A stretch of DNA of 64,000 nt. Source: Candidatus Omnitrophota bacterium. GTDB lineage: Bacteria; Omnitrophota; Gorgyraeia; Zapsychrales; JANLHA01. A program made the translations under genes and the position numbers. The notes under the pieces are model-generated. The model had not been told where the DNA came from and ran no database searches. It saw nothing but the letters and a program-made list of their open reading frames with translations. Positions 10,463 through 20,777 of the stretch are shown here, one piece after another. The stretch is taken from positions 133,152 to 197,151 of the forward strand of contig JACKFI010000001.1 in the NCBI GenBank assembly GCA_020632555.1, in the 5' to 3' direction. Each line of letters begins with the position of its first letter. Position 1 is the first letter of the stretch.

Positions 10463-11209
10463 TCAACGAATATTTTTGTAAAATTTTGCTAATCGCTGTG
10501 TGGACACACCTAAAATAAAACCCCAACTGAGTAAAATATTCATTAAGGTTGTTTTAACAATGCCTCGCTTTTCCCAACGCCGCGGCAAAACAGTGGCTGA
10601 TGAATCGAGAACAATGGTTTTACCTAACTGACGCAACTGTCGAGAGAAAAGCACATCTTCAAACAAAGGCACATTATCAAACCCACCGATTTGCTCAAAA
10701 ATATCTCGGCGGACAAAGATGGCTTGATCTCCATAAAAGATCTTAAATAATTCCGCACGCAAATTCCCAGACGATTCTATCCAACGATAAATCCATTTTC
10801 CAGAGTCAATCTTATGGGTAAAGCAACCGCCAACATAATTTAATAAAACTTGTTTAGCGATAATTCTCAATCCCTCCGCAGCGATGACACAGTCGGCATG
10901 TAAAAAAAGCAAAACATCTCCCTTTGCTGCACAAGCTCCCGCGTTCATTTGCACAGCTCTGCCGCGCGGGGATGTGATAACCTTCACTGAATACTGACCA
11001 ACAATATCCCTAGTCCTATCATTGCTATGACCGTCGACAACAATAACCTCAAGATCCGAAGCATAAGGCAGAGCCTTTAATGTTCTTTCAATCGCGGCCT
11101 CTTCGTTATAAACCGGAATAATAATAGAAATCACTGCAAAGTTCCCTGACAACTGGATCCTGTTCCCGCGGTGCAACCAAAACAATGATTGGCGGTCAAC
11201 ACCTGCCAA
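10463..11209 (-). CDS. Family-2 glycosyltransferase-like 'transferase 2, rSAM/selenodomain-associated' (TIGR04283-like)
   Basis: SIIIPVYNEE and D..D motifs. The ORF as drawn overlaps the upstream radical-SAM gene by 79 nt; the true start is more likely GTG at ~11134 or TTG at ~11152. Confidence 0.7.
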   Translation of the reverse strand: MAGVDRQSLFWLHRGNRIQLSGNFAVISIIIPVYNEEAAIERTLKALPYASDLEVIVVDGHSNDRTRDIVGQYSVKVITSPRGRAVQMNAGACAAKGDVLLFLHADCVIAAEGLRIIAKQVLLNYVGGCFTHKIDSGKWIYRWIESSGNLRAELFKIFYGDQAIFVRRDIFEQIGGFDNVPLFEDVLFSRQLRQLGKTIVLDSSATVLPRRWEKRGIVKTTLMNILLSWGFILGVSTQRLAKFYKNIR

Positions 11210-12111
11210 CTCTCCAAATCTTTTTTGGTAACATCAAAAACAGTAAGCTCATGATCCTTGCGCATTCCCATACCCAACATTTGATTAAAATCACAATCAA
11301 ACAGTTTCCCGTCCCAACCAATACTTAAGGTATTGCGACACATCAGTCCGTCTAAAGTGCCGGGATTAAAACTATTAACCAATAATTCACAATAACTTTC
11401 CAACTGATTAAATGTTTTTAAGAATTTGGCATAACGCGTAATGGGCATATTGGTGATGGTGTAAAGTTTATTAAAAACAATCCCGAAATCATCAGAAAGC
11501 CGCTGCTTGTAATCCTGTTGCAATTTCTCTTGTGCCGGTGGCAAATGCGCTCCGACGGGATTATAAACCAAATTCAACACAAGCCCACTATTGCTCTGCC
11601 CATACCCCAAGCGATTCAACTCTTGCAAAGCTTCAATAGATTTACCAAACACTCCCCTGCCTCGCTGTTGATCAACATTGTCTTGGGTATAACACGGCAA
11701 AGACGCAATCACCTCAACCTGATGCTGTGCCAGAAAATCTCCCAAGTCCTGCATGCCTTGTTCAAAGAGAATCGTTAAATTGCAACGGTCAATAATATGT
11801 ATTGCGCGCTGATGGGCTTGGTGCACCAAATAACGAAAGTGAGGATTCATTTCCGGCGCTCCACCCGTCAAATCCAAAGTCTTAGGATGAAATTCATCCA
11901 TTAACCGGACAATAGCCTGTGCTGTTCTCAAATCCATATTTTCTTTGACTTTGCTCGGCCCAGCCTCGACGTGACAATGAGAACAGGTCAAATTGCACAA
12001 CTTGCCTACATTGACTTGCAAAATGTCAATGCCCGTCTTGCGCAAATCATATTGATGTTGTGTTAATTTTTCTTTAAAGGATTTCATGCATACTACCTGA
12101 TTTAATCTCAT
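11131..12111 (-). CDS. arsS: Radical SAM protein, ArsS-like (arsenosugar-biosynthesis rSAM / rSAM-Cys-rich family)
   Basis: 326 aa. CNLTCSHC radical-SAM cluster motif and a C-terminal Cys-rich tail (CFGCTAGTGSSCQG). Co-located with the two companion transferase genes. Confidence 0.75.
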   Translation of the reverse strand: MRLNQVVCMKSFKEKLTQHQYDLRKTGIDILQVNVGKLCNLTCSHCHVEAGPSKVKENMDLRTAQAIVRLMDEFHPKTLDLTGGAPEMNPHFRYLVHQAHQRAIHIIDRCNLTILFEQGMQDLGDFLAQHQVEVIASLPCYTQDNVDQQRGRGVFGKSIEALQELNRLGYGQSNSGLVLNLVYNPVGAHLPPAQEKLQQDYKQRLSDDFGIVFNKLYTITNMPITRYAKFLKTFNQLESYCELLVNSFNPGTLDGLMCRNTLSIGWDGKLFDCDFNQMLGMGMRKDHELTVFDVTKKDLESWQVLTANHCFGCTAGTGSSCQGTLQ

Positions 12112-12685
12112 CTAAATCTTCTAAAACAGACACTGATTGATATTTTAATTTTAATTTTGTAATTATGTGATATGTCTGAGCTAAAACGTCGCTGGTGCTC
12201 CAACTGATATTCACGAACACTTGCGGATGATTCGCCGATAAACCAATCAAATAATAGCCGCCATCTTTAGCCGGCCCGATCACCACATCAATTTCATTAA
12301 GCAAGGCAAAACCTTGTTGAGCTATTGCAGTGGTCAAATGCAAAGTATCGCTGCCATAAGCGGCTACCCTTTTATACCCCTGAGCAAACGCCCAAGCAAA
12401 AGCCGACGTTAAACGCTGCCCCAAATCATCACCCTGCTGCGGAAGATACTCATCCGCACTGGGCAGCCACTGTTGAATTTTGTCATGATCCTCTGGCGGA
12501 TCAAAGAAAACGATCAAGTCTGTCTGCCCACAGGCCCGCAGAATAGAATAATTCTGCCCAGCCAATTGCCGATAAACTCGCGCGGCCGCTTGATCACCCA
12601 ATGTTTTGGCTAAGCGAGTCTTGACGTGTCCGGCCGTCGGATATTTCACAAAAAACAAAATCGCCTGTTGATTACGGCACGTCAT
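12074..12685 (-). CDS. DUF2064 'transferase 1, rSAM/selenodomain-associated' (TIGR04282-like)
   Basis: 203 aa. FVKYPTAGHVKTRLA N-terminus typical of DUF2064 (nucleotide-diphospho-sugar transferase fold). Overlaps arsS by 38 nt (operon). Confidence 0.7.
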   Translation of the reverse strand: MTCRNQQAILFFVKYPTAGHVKTRLAKTLGDQAAARVYRQLAGQNYSILRACGQTDLIVFFDPPEDHDKIQQWLPSADEYLPQQGDDLGQRLTSAFAWAFAQGYKRVAAYGSDTLHLTTAIAQQGFALLNEIDVVIGPAKDGGYYLIGLSANHPQVFVNISWSTSDVLAQTYHIITKLKLKYQSVSVLEDLDEIKSGSMHEIL

Positions 12686-12887
12686 TTAGTCTCCAATTTT
12701 AGGTAACTAAAAAAGCTCCACCGTCGCAGCGCCTCGCCTCAACCCCAGAACCAAAGATAAAATCAAAAAGATTTAACGCAATAATAAGAAATCCAACAAT
12801 TCAAACGGGAGTTTTTTGAACATAATTCACAAGCATTTGAATTTTTTCCAATTTGATTGTTATATTTTCCACACAAGCTCAAACCGC

Positions 12888-13481
12888 CTACGCGACGGGG
12901 ACAGAATTCTTAACACTGGGGCGCTGAGAAATTTTCTGATACCACTCATTGAGTTTGGAATGTTTTTCTGCGCGATACAAATCCGGTAAACGAAATTGCA
13001 AATAACCCAACGCGCACACAACGGCCACTGATCCCAAATGCCAAGATTCAAGATCAGCAAGGTGGCTATCAAAATATTCCAACACCCGGTCAATGGAAAC
13101 AATGTTAAGATCAATAAACTTCGCATTATAATCCTGAGGATGACGCATTTTTTCCATAACGACGCCAACCGTGATATCCATCAAACCGTCAGCTATTGCG
13201 GCCATATTAAGAACCTTCCAACGCTCAATTGAATCTTGCGGAATAAAGCGCGGCGCCGGCGTCAAAGCGTCAAGATACTCACAAATCAATGGATTATCAC
13301 AAAGACTCATGGTTTCATCGATAACCAAAGCAGGAACCTTACCGACAGGATTGGCTTTTAATAAAACCGAAGATTTATTGGCCAAATCTTCCTCGAACAG
13401 CTCTAATTTGATATTTTTTTCTTCAGCAATAATACGGGCCTTGCGAGCATAAGGCGAACGCTGGGTGTAATAAAGTTTCAT
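12888..13481 (-). CDS. Glutathione S-transferase
   Basis: 197 aa. N-terminal thioredoxin-like GST domain (MKLYYTQRSPYARKARI) and C-terminal helical domain. Confidence 0.8.
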   Translation of the reverse strand: MKLYYTQRSPYARKARIIAEEKNIKLELFEEDLANKSSVLLKANPVGKVPALVIDETMSLCDNPLICEYLDALTPAPRFIPQDSIERWKVLNMAAIADGLMDITVGVVMEKMRHPQDYNAKFIDLNIVSIDRVLEYFDSHLADLESWHLGSVAVVCALGYLQFRLPDLYRAEKHSKLNEWYQKISQRPSVKNSVPVA

Positions 13482-13560
13482 GTTGATCTCCTATTAATAA
13501 GTTATCTAAAAGTATAAAAACTTTAACTGGACATTAACAGAAGCGGTCCTTCTCTTCTAT

Positions 13561-14868
13561 TTACTTTTCGTTACGCCACACAGAACGCAAATACGTTACA
13601 ACTTTTCGCTCTTGCCGCATTAAAGAATCAGTCCCATCACCCAAAGACATAATACCCCACCATTCATCGTGGGCCGTATGATCAGGCGTATTCCAAGACT
13701 TTGTTCCCGAATTATGTTCGGCGGGCGAACCATCCATATACCACCGATCTGTCCAATCAAAAACAACACCGCCAATTGAATTCCCAGCATGCCCGTCCAA
13801 CGAATCACGATGCTTCAAAATATCCTGCCAAGCCCCACGAGTATAATGATCCTGCCAATCTTGATCTTCACCTTTGTTTTTATTATAAGCTTGCGTACCA
13901 AACTCTAGAATAAACATTGGCCGATCAAAGATTTTCTTTGTTTCTGCCCATAAATCCCCAAAACCATACTGCCCCCGATAAGAATTATAAGCCACAATAT
14001 CAATCTCCGGCGCCAACTCGCTGTACAATTCCAAAGTCACTTCATTAAAACCAGCATCACCCTCACTGATAGCAACAGGATGATTTGGATCAAGCTCCTT
14101 AACAATTCTCGCCAATTCACCAACCAGCGTCGCATATTCCCGCGGCTTAGTCTTAGCATTGCACCGAGAAAAATCCGCCATATTATTTTCATTGCCCAAT
14201 AACCACATCAAAACATATGGCTCATCTTTATTATCCAAAACCATGGCCCGTACAGATTTCTTAATATTCTCACGATGAATAGGGTTTGCATAATCTGTCC
14301 CGGCATCCCAGCTAGCACCTGAGCCGATGGTCCAAGACCCCAAGAAATTACCCATAATCACCCTAATCCCATAATCCGAATAAAGCTGACGCAACAAGTC
14401 TTTATTAACAGGATGCGCAAATTGCAAAGCAACGCCAGGATTATTCTTATAAATGTCCCCAACAATTTTATTATTCGAAGCCACGTGATAAAGACGAATC
14501 GTATTGACCCCTAAATCTTTCATCAAAGAAAAATCGCCAATCGCCTTTTCATCGACATCCTGAACATTATTGTGATTCTTATCTAGCCAAGATTGATAAG
14601 CAAAATCATTCTGGCCATCATGATCATCATCATAATCCATCCAATTTCGCATCGTCAGCTGCTTAGGGTCTTCCCCAATCTTAACCGGAGTATACGTCAT
14701 ACCTTTGATAAAATACGGCTGGTCATCAACCAATAATTGCCAATTTCCGCTTTTATCTTTAACAACTTTGACAAAACCTTCTGTAGGTTTTATAACATCC
14801 TGACTCGATGCGTAAAAAACCTGAAAAAAAATCATCACCACCACAGACATTAGAATTCGGATCTTCAT
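13561..14868 (-). CDS. Secreted clan GH-A (GH5-like) glycoside hydrolase
   Basis: Signal peptide. TIM-barrel signatures: putative acid/base LLGNENN and putative nucleophile ILEFGTQ. Family assignment is uncertain. Confidence 0.55.
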   Translation of the reverse strand: MKIRILMSVVVMIFFQVFYASSQDVIKPTEGFVKVVKDKSGNWQLLVDDQPYFIKGMTYTPVKIGEDPKQLTMRNWMDYDDDHDGQNDFAYQSWLDKNHNNVQDVDEKAIGDFSLMKDLGVNTIRLYHVASNNKIVGDIYKNNPGVALQFAHPVNKDLLRQLYSDYGIRVIMGNFLGSWTIGSGASWDAGTDYANPIHRENIKKSVRAMVLDNKDEPYVLMWLLGNENNMADFSRCNAKTKPREYATLVGELARIVKELDPNHPVAISEGDAGFNEVTLELYSELAPEIDIVAYNSYRGQYGFGDLWAETKKIFDRPMFILEFGTQAYNKNKGEDQDWQDHYTRGAWQDILKHRDSLDGHAGNSIGGVVFDWTDRWYMDGSPAEHNSGTKSWNTPDHTAHDEWWGIMSLGDGTDSLMRQERKVVTYLRSVWRNEK

Positions 14869-14929
14869 ACTATCTTACCTCCCACAACATCGACGAGAAT
14901 ATTACGGGTTGAAAATGTCTTATAAATTT

Positions 14930-16165
14930 CTAGAACTTAATCCCAACATCCAAGATGACTTTTTGCGTATCTGTCAAAAAATCATCAGCATTATAGTACG
15001 CATACTTGACGGAAGTTGTAACATACTGATTGATCGGCTTTTCCAAAAAGAGACCCCACTCTTGGCCATAATCCATTGGGCCATATTCCGCCGAGAAATA
15101 ATGATACTGTGCATTAACAAGCAACCCGTTGATCATTTTAAGATTTCCTGCCAAATCCTTCACTTTATAATTTAAATCAACATAAATATCTTCCAGCCCC
15201 GCAGCGGGTGTCGTTAAAAATTTATCCGCCCATCCATTAAATTTATGTCCTGTAGCCAAAGGCGTTCTAAACGCAAACTTGCCATGATCACTGCCCAAAA
15301 CTTCATAGCCTACTGTCGTGGTTAAACCTTGCCAAACAATAGCAGGAGCAATGTGAAAATAATTAGCTCCATAATTCGTTGGATTGTCGGCAAAATCCAA
15401 TTGATGCGCATATTCTCCATAATATTTGAATTTGATATCCTCACTTAAGTCAACATCTCCGGCGAGACTTGCGCCAAATGTTTGACTGGAATTCGCAGCT
15501 GAATCACTGCCAAAATCAAAAAGATAACCATAGGTCGTAAGTTTGCCGATTGACAAACTTGTATTTGAAATATTATAGAAATGACTTTTGGAGCCCCAAT
15601 CTCCAACTAAGGATTGTTCACCAAAAATACGATTAACATTATAAATGTAACCATATTTTATTTCGGTAGCGACGATGGACTTATTCGCAATGGTCGCTGC
15701 ATCAAAGACCTGATTATTTTGCCGCCATCCCACCGCGCCAATAAACCGCTGATTATCCACGACAATCACTTGCCGCCCGCCACGAAGAGTTGTATCTGGA
15801 ATCCCGGTATACTGACCATAAGCTTGATTGACCTGTATGTTTTCGGGATCGGCCACAACTGGATAATTTGTCCGTCCGTTGACGGTATCATTATAATTAT
15901 CCTTCCCTAAATAATTGACGGATTCTCCCTCAATCACAGCAGAGACGCCATAAAATTCCCCGGTCTTCAAACCCAAAAGAGTACGCAGTGTTGAAGAATT
16001 GGCTCGTTTGACTATTGCATCTTGGTCAACATACTCATAACGCATTCTCATTTGGGCATAAAACTGGCTCTCTTTAATCGCTTCTTTTACGGTGTCACCG
16101 GCATTAGCTGGGATTGCCATGAACAACACCGCCCCAACAACCAAACCTCGTAATAATAATCTCAT
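14930..16165 (-). CDS. Outer-membrane beta-barrel protein (porin-like)
   Basis: Signal peptide MRLLLRGLVVGAVLFMAIPANA. Alternating amphipathic strands, Tyr/Gly-rich, C-terminal ...GIKF with terminal Phe. Confidence 0.6.
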   Translation of the reverse strand: MRLLLRGLVVGAVLFMAIPANAGDTVKEAIKESQFYAQMRMRYEYVDQDAIVKRANSSTLRTLLGLKTGEFYGVSAVIEGESVNYLGKDNYNDTVNGRTNYPVVADPENIQVNQAYGQYTGIPDTTLRGGRQVIVVDNQRFIGAVGWRQNNQVFDAATIANKSIVATEIKYGYIYNVNRIFGEQSLVGDWGSKSHFYNISNTSLSIGKLTTYGYLFDFGSDSAANSSQTFGASLAGDVDLSEDIKFKYYGEYAHQLDFADNPTNYGANYFHIAPAIVWQGLTTTVGYEVLGSDHGKFAFRTPLATGHKFNGWADKFLTTPAAGLEDIYVDLNYKVKDLAGNLKMINGLLVNAQYHYFSAEYGPMDYGQEWGLFLEKPINQYVTTSVKYAYYNADDFLTDTQKVILDVGIKF

Positions 16166-16224
16166 AAACTCCTCCGTATTATTTCTATTTAAAAATTAAC
16201 TCTGCTCAAAAGTGGGAGCTGTCG

Positions 16225-17034
16225 CTACTTTTGAACGAAATATTTCATTGCTTGCGGCATCAACTCTTTAATATTATTAATGCGGGTTTGGTCTGAAGGA
16301 TGCGAGCTTAAGAATTCTAAGTTGAAATTCCCTTGCTTTAATTTGGCCATTCTTTCCCAAAAGGCAATGGCAGCATGCGGATCATAGCCAGCCATAGACA
16401 TAAAAATCAAACCCAAGTGGTCGGCTTCGCTCTCTTGCAGACGGCTATAAGGCAATTGCACTCCATATTGGGCACCCACATTAAAAGTGGTCATCCAAAG
16501 TTTTTTTGTCTCTTCTGGTTTGTCTTTCAAGGCGATAGACAGAGCTTGACCACCCAAACTCGAAAGCACTCCCTGACTCATCCGCTCATTTCCATGCTGA
16601 GCAATTGCGTGCGCAATCTCATGAGAGAGAACAACGGCTAATCCCTTGTCATCCTCAGCGACGGGTAAAATACCGGTATAAACAACAACCTTGCCTCCCG
16701 GCATACACCAGGCATTGATCTCTTGGCTCTCCACCACATTAAATTCCCACTGATAATTTTTCAACCGATCTGACATATTATTTTCAGCCATGTATTTCTC
16801 AACAGCCGTTTGGATCTGTCGTCCAACAGTCTTAACAGATTGAACTTTAGCTGCATCCTTACTGATTGTATTCGATTTAAGAAAATCGCCATATTGTTGA
16901 AAACTTATGGAAAGCATAACGTCCGCCGGAACAATATCAAGCTGTCTTCGTCCAGTCAACGGCACCGTCGCACAAGAGGAACACGCAACACACAAGATGA
17001 ATAAAACAATAATAAATCTAAATTCATTTTTCAT
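16225..17034 (-). CDS. M48-family zinc metalloprotease lipoprotein
   Basis: Lipoprotein signal (…LCVACSSC) and HExxH motif (SHEIAHAIAQH). Confidence 0.8.
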   Translation of the reverse strand: MKNEFRFIIVLFILCVACSSCATVPLTGRRQLDIVPADVMLSISFQQYGDFLKSNTISKDAAKVQSVKTVGRQIQTAVEKYMAENNMSDRLKNYQWEFNVVESQEINAWCMPGGKVVVYTGILPVAEDDKGLAVVLSHEIAHAIAQHGNERMSQGVLSSLGGQALSIALKDKPEETKKLWMTTFNVGAQYGVQLPYSRLQESEADHLGLIFMSMAGYDPHAAIAFWERMAKLKQGNFNLEFLSSHPSDQTRINNIKELMPQAMKYFVQK

Positions 17035-17061
17035 ATAATCCTGACTGTTTTGAATTTTTTA

Positions 17062-17616
17062 TTAAACGGTTTCATCTTCCACCGAGGCCTCGATATCAAT
17101 CACCTCATCAGATCGATCATAATTTGGCGGCACTCTTTCTTGTAATTTTGCCGACATCTTTACCCCATAAAGACGCATGCCATAAGTAAATACTACGCCA
17201 ACACATAGCAAGAATGCTGATCCTATTTGCCCCTTAAGCAACAGCCCAATCATAGCTATGGGCGCAACCAAATGAAACATAAACATAAAAAATATCGCAA
17301 TCCATCCTAAATAATAGAATATTGTCAGAAATGAATACATAAAAACTGATGCCCCGACGATATAAGACAATATAAACGACAATCCCGCCAAACGTCCCCG
17401 CAGATTTTCAAACAAAGATAATGGCAAAATGATCAACAAAAACGCGACAATCGACGCACCCGCCAATACTGAGATAACCGGATAAAGAAATTCCGAAACT
17501 TTGAGAATTCCGAAAATCAAAATAAACGGAATCAGGAGAAACCCCAAAAACAATAAGAAACCCAAAACCCTCAAACCAAAACCTTGGGCATTATTCATTA
17601 TATTTATTCTAATCAT
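17062..17616 (-). CDS. Hypothetical integral membrane protein (4-5 TM)
   Basis: 184 aa, highly hydrophobic, no recognisable motif. Confidence 0.4.
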   Translation of the reverse strand: MIRINIMNNAQGFGLRVLGFLLFLGFLLIPFILIFGILKVSEFLYPVISVLAGASIVAFLLIILPLSLFENLRGRLAGLSFILSYIVGASVFMYSFLTIFYYLGWIAIFFMFMFHLVAPIAMIGLLLKGQIGSAFLLCVGVVFTYGMRLYGVKMSAKLQERVPPNYDRSDEVIDIEASVEDETV

Positions 17617-17860
17617 GAAACTTCCTTAAGTTAATTCTTAAACAGGCTGGAACACTATCGAATAATTTTAAACGGCATAATCTTTCTTTTACAATATCAA
17701 AAATCTTAACCTGGTCTTCTTAATTAATTTTGGAAACCCTTATGATATTTTTAATGGTCTCTAATTTTCCCTTACGAAAATACACACATCCTGAGGACAC
17801 TTCCGCCGCAACTTACGCAATATAAGAGGCCAATAAAAAACGGTTCAAGTTATGGCTGAT

Positions 17861-18415
17861 CTAGAACTTGCGGCTATCATAGGCCCAATGCAACAATGCC
17901 TGACGCTGTTTACGACGACATGCTAAATCTCGAGGTTTACAATTTCTCTTTATTTGGGTGACATGGCGTTGCATAGCCCGCCAACGCTTGATCTGACGAA
18001 CATCCTCATCTGGTATGCGCCGGCCCATATAATAGCGACAATACCACTGAAACCAACCTCTGGGATCAGCTGGATGAATCCACCCTTTCATGCGCCAGGT
18101 ATGTAACGATTGACTAGCCTTTACCCCAAAAAAATTCGACTTTGAATCGTGACGCAAAGGACATAATTTCGCCTTCTTAAACCAAGTCGATGGAAACTCC
18201 TTGACACAATCGGTCATATACTTTCCACCAAAAACACCCAAAGATAACATCTGTTGTGGACTCAATTCAGGTTTGAATGCTTGATCAAAGTTCTTTCCCA
18301 TCGGTTGGACGAGTTGATAGTGGTAATTCTTTTGCATATGATCGTTTACAATAACAATCCTATGTCTCATCGCTAATCCATTGACTGACGACAAACACAT
18401 ACCAAAGATTGGCAC
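17861..18415 (-). CDS. Hypothetical Trp/Arg-rich protein (start uncertain)
   Basis: ORF overlaps the upstream NUDIX gene by 55 nt. Internal Met codons at ~18337 and ~18301 are alternative starts. The conserved-looking GWFQWYCRYYMGRR segment was not recognised. Confidence 0.35.
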   Translation of the reverse strand: MPIFGMCLSSVNGLAMRHRIVIVNDHMQKNYHYQLVQPMGKNFDQAFKPELSPQQMLSLGVFGGKYMTDCVKEFPSTWFKKAKLCPLRHDSKSNFFGVKASQSLHTWRMKGWIHPADPRGWFQWYCRYYMGRRIPDEDVRQIKRWRAMQRHVTQIKRNCKPRDLACRRKQRQALLHWAYDSRKF

Positions 18416-18923
18416 TAATCACCACTGCTTGCTTTATGGAGTTTAATAAAAATTGTTTTATTTCATTGACCGGGATAATAATCACTTCGATATCTTCCAA
18501 TGCCCCCAAATGCTGTTTTGGATTTTGATTCACCTGAGCATTTTCATCAATATAAACAAACACAACCCGTCCAGAATCATTGATGATTCCTGCTTGTGAT
18601 TTGATTAAAGGCCCCTTGTGTTTTATAAATCCAGTATATCCCGTTTCTTCCTTAAGTTCTTTGATAATTTGGGAATCGGAATGATTGTCTATTCCGGCCG
18701 GAAATCCGAGAATATAACCATTTATCGCAGGTCGGAATTGTTTAATCAATACAAATCTCCGAGATGGAATTAATTTTGCAATTATGACCACGCTAGAAGT
18801 ATTATTTTTACGAGCAACACTTTCCCAGCGTACTAAATCACCGTTTTTATTTTCATAAACGGTCTCTTTCAGCGATAACCAGCGGCCAGAATACAAATTA
18901 TTCTCAGTTATTCTTCTCATCAT
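18360..18923 (-). CDS. NUDIX hydrolase (ADP-ribose pyrophosphatase-like)
   Basis: Nudix box GFPAGIDNHSDSQIIKELKEETGY (G-x5-E-x7-REuxEExGu-like). Confidence 0.75.
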   Translation of the reverse strand: MMRRITENNLYSGRWLSLKETVYENKNGDLVRWESVARKNNTSSVVIIAKLIPSRRFVLIKQFRPAINGYILGFPAGIDNHSDSQIIKELKEETGYTGFIKHKGPLIKSQAGIINDSGRVVFVYIDENAQVNQNPKQHLGALEDIEVIIIPVNEIKQFLLNSIKQAVVISANLWYVFVVSQWISDET

Positions 18924-19470
18924 TAACCAGTTCCCCAGATTGTTTTTGCCAGAGTTGAGGAACTTTACGTACTTTGCTCATATCATAACCCTGGTCTTTT
19001 AACATACTGATCAGACGCTGATAATCAGCCTCAGGAATTTCGGGAGTGCGCGCCATGATCCAAAAATAATCACGTTTATTGCGGCCAATAATGGTTTGAC
19101 TATAATCCGCGTTTAAATAGGTAATCAGATACTCCGCTTTAAAAGGCCAAATAAACTGCATCGCCCAGGTTGAGTTGTTGACCTTATCGACAACAAAACC
19201 ACGCGGATTGTATCGTTTAGCCGGTCCATCAAAACCGCCTTGATTAAAAGTAAAAATCGTGTCAATCGAACCATCGTCCAGCAGCCGGTATTCTTCAATG
19301 CCGTTATAAGCTTTGGTTTCTATAAAGGTGGGAATCGCCGCCAAAACATACCAAGGCCCCATAAATCTTTTCAAATCAACTTTCTCGGCAGTCTTCAACC
19401 GAGGCAGCGAACTGGCACAGCCGGTCACAAAAAAGGTGCACATTAAAATCAATATCGCTTGTATTCTCAT
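18904..19470 (-). CDS. blc: Bacterial lipocalin (Blc-like outer-membrane lipoprotein)
   Basis: Lipobox (FFVTGCAS). Lipocalin SCR1 motif FMGPWYVLA. Confidence 0.8.
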   Translation of the reverse strand: MRIQAILILMCTFFVTGCASSLPRLKTAEKVDLKRFMGPWYVLAAIPTFIETKAYNGIEEYRLLDDGSIDTIFTFNQGGFDGPAKRYNPRGFVVDKVNNSTWAMQFIWPFKAEYLITYLNADYSQTIIGRNKRDYFWIMARTPEIPEADYQRLISMLKDQGYDMSKVRKVPQLWQKQSGELVNDEKNN

Positions 19471-19525
19471 ATTTCTCCTTTTGGTTTTAAAATCATTCTT
19501 AATTTATTGATCGTTCTCTTTATCA

Positions 19526-20311
19526 TCATCGCCGCTTTGGCAAGGGGATAAAGAAACTTGTTGTCCGCATATATTCTTTAAAGGCCTCTCCTTTATTCTT
19601 CAAAGCTCGTGTTTCCATCAGCGGGATTCCTGTCACTTTCATTAAAAGAAAGAGCATCAATGCTGGTGCGATGAAACCCCACCATCCCTGAGGACTGCCT
19701 AAAGCGAAGATAAAATAGGCCACCCACATCAGCCATTCAAAAAAGAAATTAGGATGTCGTGAATAATTCCATAATCCTTGCTGACAAATCTTGCCTTTGT
19801 TGTTTGAATCCGCTTTAAATTTTCTTAATTGTTCATCCGCTACCGATTCGCCGATCAGACCAATCAACCATATCACCACCGCGATAAGTTCAATCACCTT
19901 AATGGTTGGATCAGTATTGAGAAACGCAATAAAAAACGGGACGGACAGCACAACATTAAAAATTGGCTGCAGTTGGAAGATCACAAAAAAATTCCGCCCA
20001 GCTTGGCGCCCCCAATCTTCTCTAAATTGAGCGTAACGACTGTCCTCGCGTCCATCATGAATGATTCGCCGCAGCAAATGCGAGGACAAACGCAAGGTCC
20101 AAATGAAAATAGGCAGCAAAATCAACCACTTCCTTAATAGAAACCCATCTAAGTTGATCGCATACCAACCAACTAAAACAGACATGCCAATACTCCAACC
20201 CACATCAGCTGTTGACGCATCTTTGGTGCGCATTTGTATGCCCCACAACACCGTCTGCATCAAGACAAGCATCAGGTACCCTTTAAAAATGATGTCAAAG
20301 TTTTCGCTCAT
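19526..20311 (-). CDS. DUF1295 / steroid 5-alpha-reductase-like membrane protein
   Basis: Polytopic. C-terminal NYSRHPNFFFEWLMW motif typical of DUF1295 / ICMT-like proteins. Confidence 0.7.
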   Translation of the reverse strand: MSENFDIIFKGYLMLVLMQTVLWGIQMRTKDASTADVGWSIGMSVLVGWYAINLDGFLLRKWLILLPIFIWTLRLSSHLLRRIIHDGREDSRYAQFREDWGRQAGRNFFVIFQLQPIFNVVLSVPFFIAFLNTDPTIKVIELIAVVIWLIGLIGESVADEQLRKFKADSNNKGKICQQGLWNYSRHPNFFFEWLMWVAYFIFALGSPQGWWGFIAPALMLFLLMKVTGIPLMETRALKNKGEAFKEYMRTTSFFIPLPKRR

Positions 20312-20754
20312 TGTGGTTTATGATGGTTCGCCATTTTGTTTTTAACAAAACGCACCATCCCTCCTAAAATTGGTATACCTTCGTAGACAAACTCACCCAG
20401 ATCAAAATAATCCCGGTGATAAATAGCTTTGCCTTCTTTTCCTCCGAATTTAATAACCGATACGCCATCAACGATAACCGGTTGACCTTTATTAAAGTTT
20501 TTGGCTATCAATGTCATCTTCCAGACCAAACTGCAACTGTTGCCATCTCTGATCTGATCAGGAATATCCCAATGGATTGATTGAACATTGTTATACATGT
20601 TCCGATAATAATCCTTCATTTGCTGGCGATTGTTGACGGCGACTAAAGGATCAAGAAATTTGATATTCTCGTCGTAAAATTGATCAACCAGATGCATGGT
20701 ATCCTTGTTGAGTGCTTCAAAAAATTCTTTGGGTGTTAAGATTTCAGCAGCCAT
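20308..20754 (-). CDS. NTF2/SnoaL-like fold protein (ketosteroid-isomerase-like)
   Basis: 148 aa. Pattern FYDENIKFLDPLVAV... Confidence 0.6.
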   Translation of the reverse strand: MAAEILTPKEFFEALNKDTMHLVDQFYDENIKFLDPLVAVNNRQQMKDYYRNMYNNVQSIHWDIPDQIRDGNSCSLVWKMTLIAKNFNKGQPVIVDGVSVIKFGGKEGKAIYHRDYFDLGEFVYEGIPILGGMVRFVKNKMANHHKPQ

Positions 20755-20777
20755 AGATAACTCTCCTTATCAGCTGA

